Assembly: GCA_016927955.1 (NCBI GenBank)
Contig: JAFGLR010000008.1
Span: 1-50,154, forward strand
DNA length: 50,154 nucleotides
Origin: Dehalococcoidales bacterium
GTDB taxonomy: Bacteria > Chloroflexota > Dehalococcoidia > Dehalococcoidales > JAFGLR01
Direction: 5' to 3'
The notes beneath the pieces are model-generated. The model was given only the letters and a program-made list of their open reading frames with translations, made no database searches and was not told the DNA's origin. Every line of letters starts with the position of its first letter. Positions within the stretch are counted from its first letter, which is position 1. Position numbers and translations under genes: made by a program. Shown in pieces: positions 48,027-50,154 of the stretch.

Positions 48027-48056
48027 TTGACTTTCAAGCTTAAAATATTCGATAAT
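48027..48056 (+). promoter_or_regulatory. Candidate promoter for tRNA-Asn
   Basis: TTGACT (48027-48032), 18 nt, GATAAT (48051-48056), 40 nt upstream of the tRNA. The -35 sits inside the 19-bp palindrome AAGCTTGActtTCAAGCTT (48023-48041). Confidence 0.35.
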
Positions 48057-48096
48057 CATACTTGGTATTTTCCTCAATTTAATCATATTCAAATGT

Positions 48097-48171
48097 TCCC
48101 CGATAGCTCAACGGTAGAGCGGGCGGCTGTTAACCGCTAGGTTCAAGGTTCGAATCCTTGTCGGGGAGCCA
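48097..48171 (+). tRNA. tRNA-Asn (anticodon GTT), CCA encoded
   Basis: Folded by hand. Acceptor TCCCCGA/TCGGGGA, D stem GCTC/GAGC, anticodon stem GGCGG/CCGCT with loop CTGTTAA, 5-nt variable loop, T arm CAAGG-TTCGAAT-CCTTG, discriminator G, CCA. Total 75 nt. Confidence 0.95.
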
Positions 48172-49742
48172 AGTTTATCAATACGCAGAACTTCCTCTGT
48201 AGTGGTTAACCCATTTATCGGTAATGGCATGGTATAGTCAATTACTACATGGGGTTCATTCAATTCAATCCTCTTAACGAAAGATCTCAAGAACGATTTC
48301 TGCTCGATAAAAGAACTGCTAGCAAGAAGTGCTTTCATACTTGATACGTATTCTTGTATCGTTTTTAAATTCAGTGATTGAGGAGACTCCTCATTCATCT
48401 CATCTAAAAGACCGTTTCGTTTCTCTTCAAGTTCTATTTGTTGAGACCTGAGTTCTTTTATGCGAGGTGCCAAATCTTCAAGGTCAATTTTTCCTGTTTC
48501 AAGAGCTGCATAGAGTTTGCTCAATTTACTTTTAACCTGCCCTAACTGTTGTCCGACCTCGCTAAGCTGTTCCTCAAAGTATCCACTATTCTTTACTAGC
48601 TCTTCGTTAACAAGCTGAACTAGTTGTTTGATATTCTCATCGGTGAGGATATTCTCTCTGATTCGTTCTAGAACAAAGCTTTCGAGTTTGTCTTTACTCA
48701 TCAATCGACAATTACAGACTTCCTTTCCTTTTTTCTGGTGCTGGACGCAATCGTAGTAGAAATATTTCCCTGATTTAGCCCAGCATCCGCTCATGGCAGC
48801 CCCACACTTTCCGCAATGCAATAAGCCGCTTAAAAGATATTGACTGGAGATAGTTCGAGGATGTTGAGAGACCGGGCGTCTCCTCGTGAGAAGCTGTTGA
48901 ACTCGTCCAAAATCTTCAGTTGAAACGACAGCCTCATGACAATTTGGAACTCGGATGATATCATTAGATGCTGCCTTACGTGAATTTCCATAACCATTAT
49001 TCCTAAATCTCCAGACAAGTGCACCGGTATAGACTTCGTTCCTTAAGATGTGGTTGATAGCTGTCGTACTGAATTGCTTGCCTGACTTTGTTCTAGTACC
49101 CGCAGCATTTAAGGATTTGGTTATTTCTTTTCCACCTAGACCGCCCACTGCCATTTCAAAAATCTTCTTAACAACGTTAGCTTCATTTTCATCGGGTATC
49201 AGTTTTGTCTTATCGGCCATTCCTATCTTTACTTTTGTTCTCTTGTAACCGAAGGGAGTAAATCCACCATTATAGAACCCCCTGCTAGCATTTTCTTTCA
49301 TTCCCCTAACAGTATCTTGAGAAAGGTTTATCGAATAAAATTCATCTATGACTTCAATAATACCTTCAAGTAGATGTCCTGCCGGGCTTTCATCTACCTG
49401 TTCATTTATAGAAATTACCGAGATACCTCGTTTTCTAAGCAACGACTTATAGAGGATAGAGTCTTCGCGATTCCTGGCAAACCTAGAAAGTTTCCATACC
49501 AGAATGGTATCAAAAGGCTTTTCCTTTTTCTTTGCCATAGCTATCATTTCTTTGAAGGCAGGACGGTTTGCAGTGCGAGCACTTTCGGCTTCATCTACAT
49601 ACTCAACTACTACGTCCCATCCACGTTCTAATGCATATTTTCTTAAAGCTTTTATCTGGGCAGGTATCGATAGGTCTTTTTCAGCTTGCCTTTCGGAAGA
49701 TACCCTAGCATAAATAGCAGCCTTTCCAAGATTATTAACCAT
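48108..49742 (-). CDS. Large serine recombinase (resolvase/invertase N-domain, recombinase domain, zinc ribbon, coiled coil)
   Basis: ORF track 48108..49766. Preferred start is ATG 49742 (GGAGG 5 nt upstream). AAIYARVSSERQ catalytic Ser, LVWKLSRFARN, CGKCGAAMSG...YYDC zinc ribbon, long coiled-coil region. The stop TGA lies inside the tRNA-Asn gene. Confidence 0.92.
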   Translation of the reverse strand: MVNNLGKAAIYARVSSERQAEKDLSIPAQIKALRKYALERGWDVVVEYVDEAESARTANRPAFKEMIAMAKKKEKPFDTILVWKLSRFARNREDSILYKSLLRKRGISVISINEQVDESPAGHLLEGIIEVIDEFYSINLSQDTVRGMKENASRGFYNGGFTPFGYKRTKVKIGMADKTKLIPDENEANVVKKIFEMAVGGLGGKEITKSLNAAGTRTKSGKQFSTTAINHILRNEVYTGALVWRFRNNGYGNSRKAASNDIIRVPNCHEAVVSTEDFGRVQQLLTRRRPVSQHPRTISSQYLLSGLLHCGKCGAAMSGCWAKSGKYFYYDCVQHQKKGKEVCNCRLMSKDKLESFVLERIRENILTDENIKQLVQLVNEELVKNSGYFEEQLSEVGQQLGQVKSKLSKLYAALETGKIDLEDLAPRIKELRSQQIELEEKRNGLLDEMNEESPQSLNLKTIQEYVSSMKALLASSSFIEQKSFLRSFVKRIELNEPHVVIDYTMPLPINGLTTTEEVLRIDKLGSPTRIRTLNLAVNSRPLYR

Positions 49743-50154
49743 ATTTGCCTCCAACTTAACTGTCATAAGTGTCGATGGAATTCTTCTATCATGGTCGGAC
49801 TTATCCGCTCGATTTGCGGAACGAGTAAGTTCCTATTGTTTCCGAGCAAAACCACCAATGCTACTTTGGATAGAGATCCTCGAATAACTAAAGGTGCAGC
49901 GATAGCTGTAAGTCCATCATCGTCTCTGCTATCGAAGATGGTGATTCGGCTGACCAGGTGTGGTTTTTTCGTTTTAAGTACCATATCAACGAGAGAGCCA
50001 GGAAGAACTGTCCTTCCTTTCCTTGGGAATAATGCATCCGCTCCACAAATATTAGCTTCAGGATCATTGTTATTGGCACTACCAGTCCAATAGCTTAATG
50101 TCCAATTATCCACCTCAGGACCCTGCTCATAAAGGGCGCTATATAGAAAAACAC
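48172..50154. mobile_element. Proximal end of a putative integrated element / genomic island at tRNA-Asn (continues past the window end)
   Basis: tRNA gene, then a serine-recombinase integrase, with a visible drop in GC right after the CCA end. Spot hand counts: 25/60 and 21/60 GC at 48181-48300 and 27/60 at 49021-49080, versus 34/60 at 47161-47220. The other boundary is not in the window. Confidence 0.6.
49763..50154 (-). CDS. Hypothetical protein, 5' end probably outside the window
   Basis: The frame is open from the window edge (..VFLYSALYEQGPEVDNWTLSYWTGS...) to TGA 49765-49763, which overlaps ATG 49766 (ATGA). An internal GTG at 50113 is the ORF-track start. No family recognised. It contains an acidic ITIFDSRDDDG motif. 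Confidence 0.5.
   Translation of the reverse strand, partial: VFLYSALYEQGPEVDNWTLSYWTGSANNNDPEANICGADALFPRKGRTVLPGSLVDMVLKTKKPHLVSRITIFDSRDDDGLTAIAAPLVIRGSLSKVALVVLLGNNRNLLVPQIERISPTMIEEFHRHL

Noticed and set aside
47910-48140. 76-aa plus-strand ORF
   Set aside because: It runs through the promoter region and the 5' half of the tRNA-Asn gene. The tRNA fold is perfect, so the ORF is spurious.

Overview
About 50 kb of a compact, mostly housekeeping bacterial chromosome. Gene content, order and mid-range GC suggest Chloroflexota/Dehalococcoidia, but this is an impression from memory, not a search result. All calls come from reading the six-frame translations for family motifs, with no database search.

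Layout, left to right:
- 1-6.9 kb, minus strand: complete F0F1 ATP synthase operon (atpZ-B-E-F-H-A-G-D-C).
- 7.2-7.7 kb: a DUF151 nuclease gene.
- 8-14.7 kb: ppsA-dgt-dnaG-rpoD.
- 14.8-20.3 kb: ffh, pgi, a class II aldolase, ilvE and an MscS channel.
- 20.5-27.5 kb: arginine cluster argJ-argB-argD-argG-argH, then rpe and rpmB.
- 27.6-35 kb: FakA-like kinase plus DegV, recG, a small RHH/RelE toxin-antitoxin cassette, argS.
- 35.1-37.6 kb: gamma-carbonic-anhydrase-like protein, a cytidylyltransferase with a zinc-ribbon tail, and a lipoprotein serpin.
- 37.8-42.7 kb: trpS, pyrD, pyrF, folC.
- 42.8-45.5 kb: PadR / membrane protein / DegV / PlsY operon.
- 46.1-47.8 kb: extended-SDR plus steroid-5-alpha-reductase-family gene pair.
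- 48.1-50.15 kb: tRNA-Asn(GTT), immediately followed by a more AT-rich segment. That segment carries a large serine recombinase whose reading frame ends inside the tRNA gene, plus an unrecognised upstream ORF that runs off the window.

The last segment looks like the edge of an integrated element, and its cargo lies beyond the window. It is the best candidate for anything novel. Secondary points of interest are the SDR/SRD5A pair, the serpin, two zinc-ribbon fusions and the PadR-lipid operon.

No rRNA, CRISPR array, transposase or riboswitch was recognised. Promoter and terminator calls are pattern matches only.
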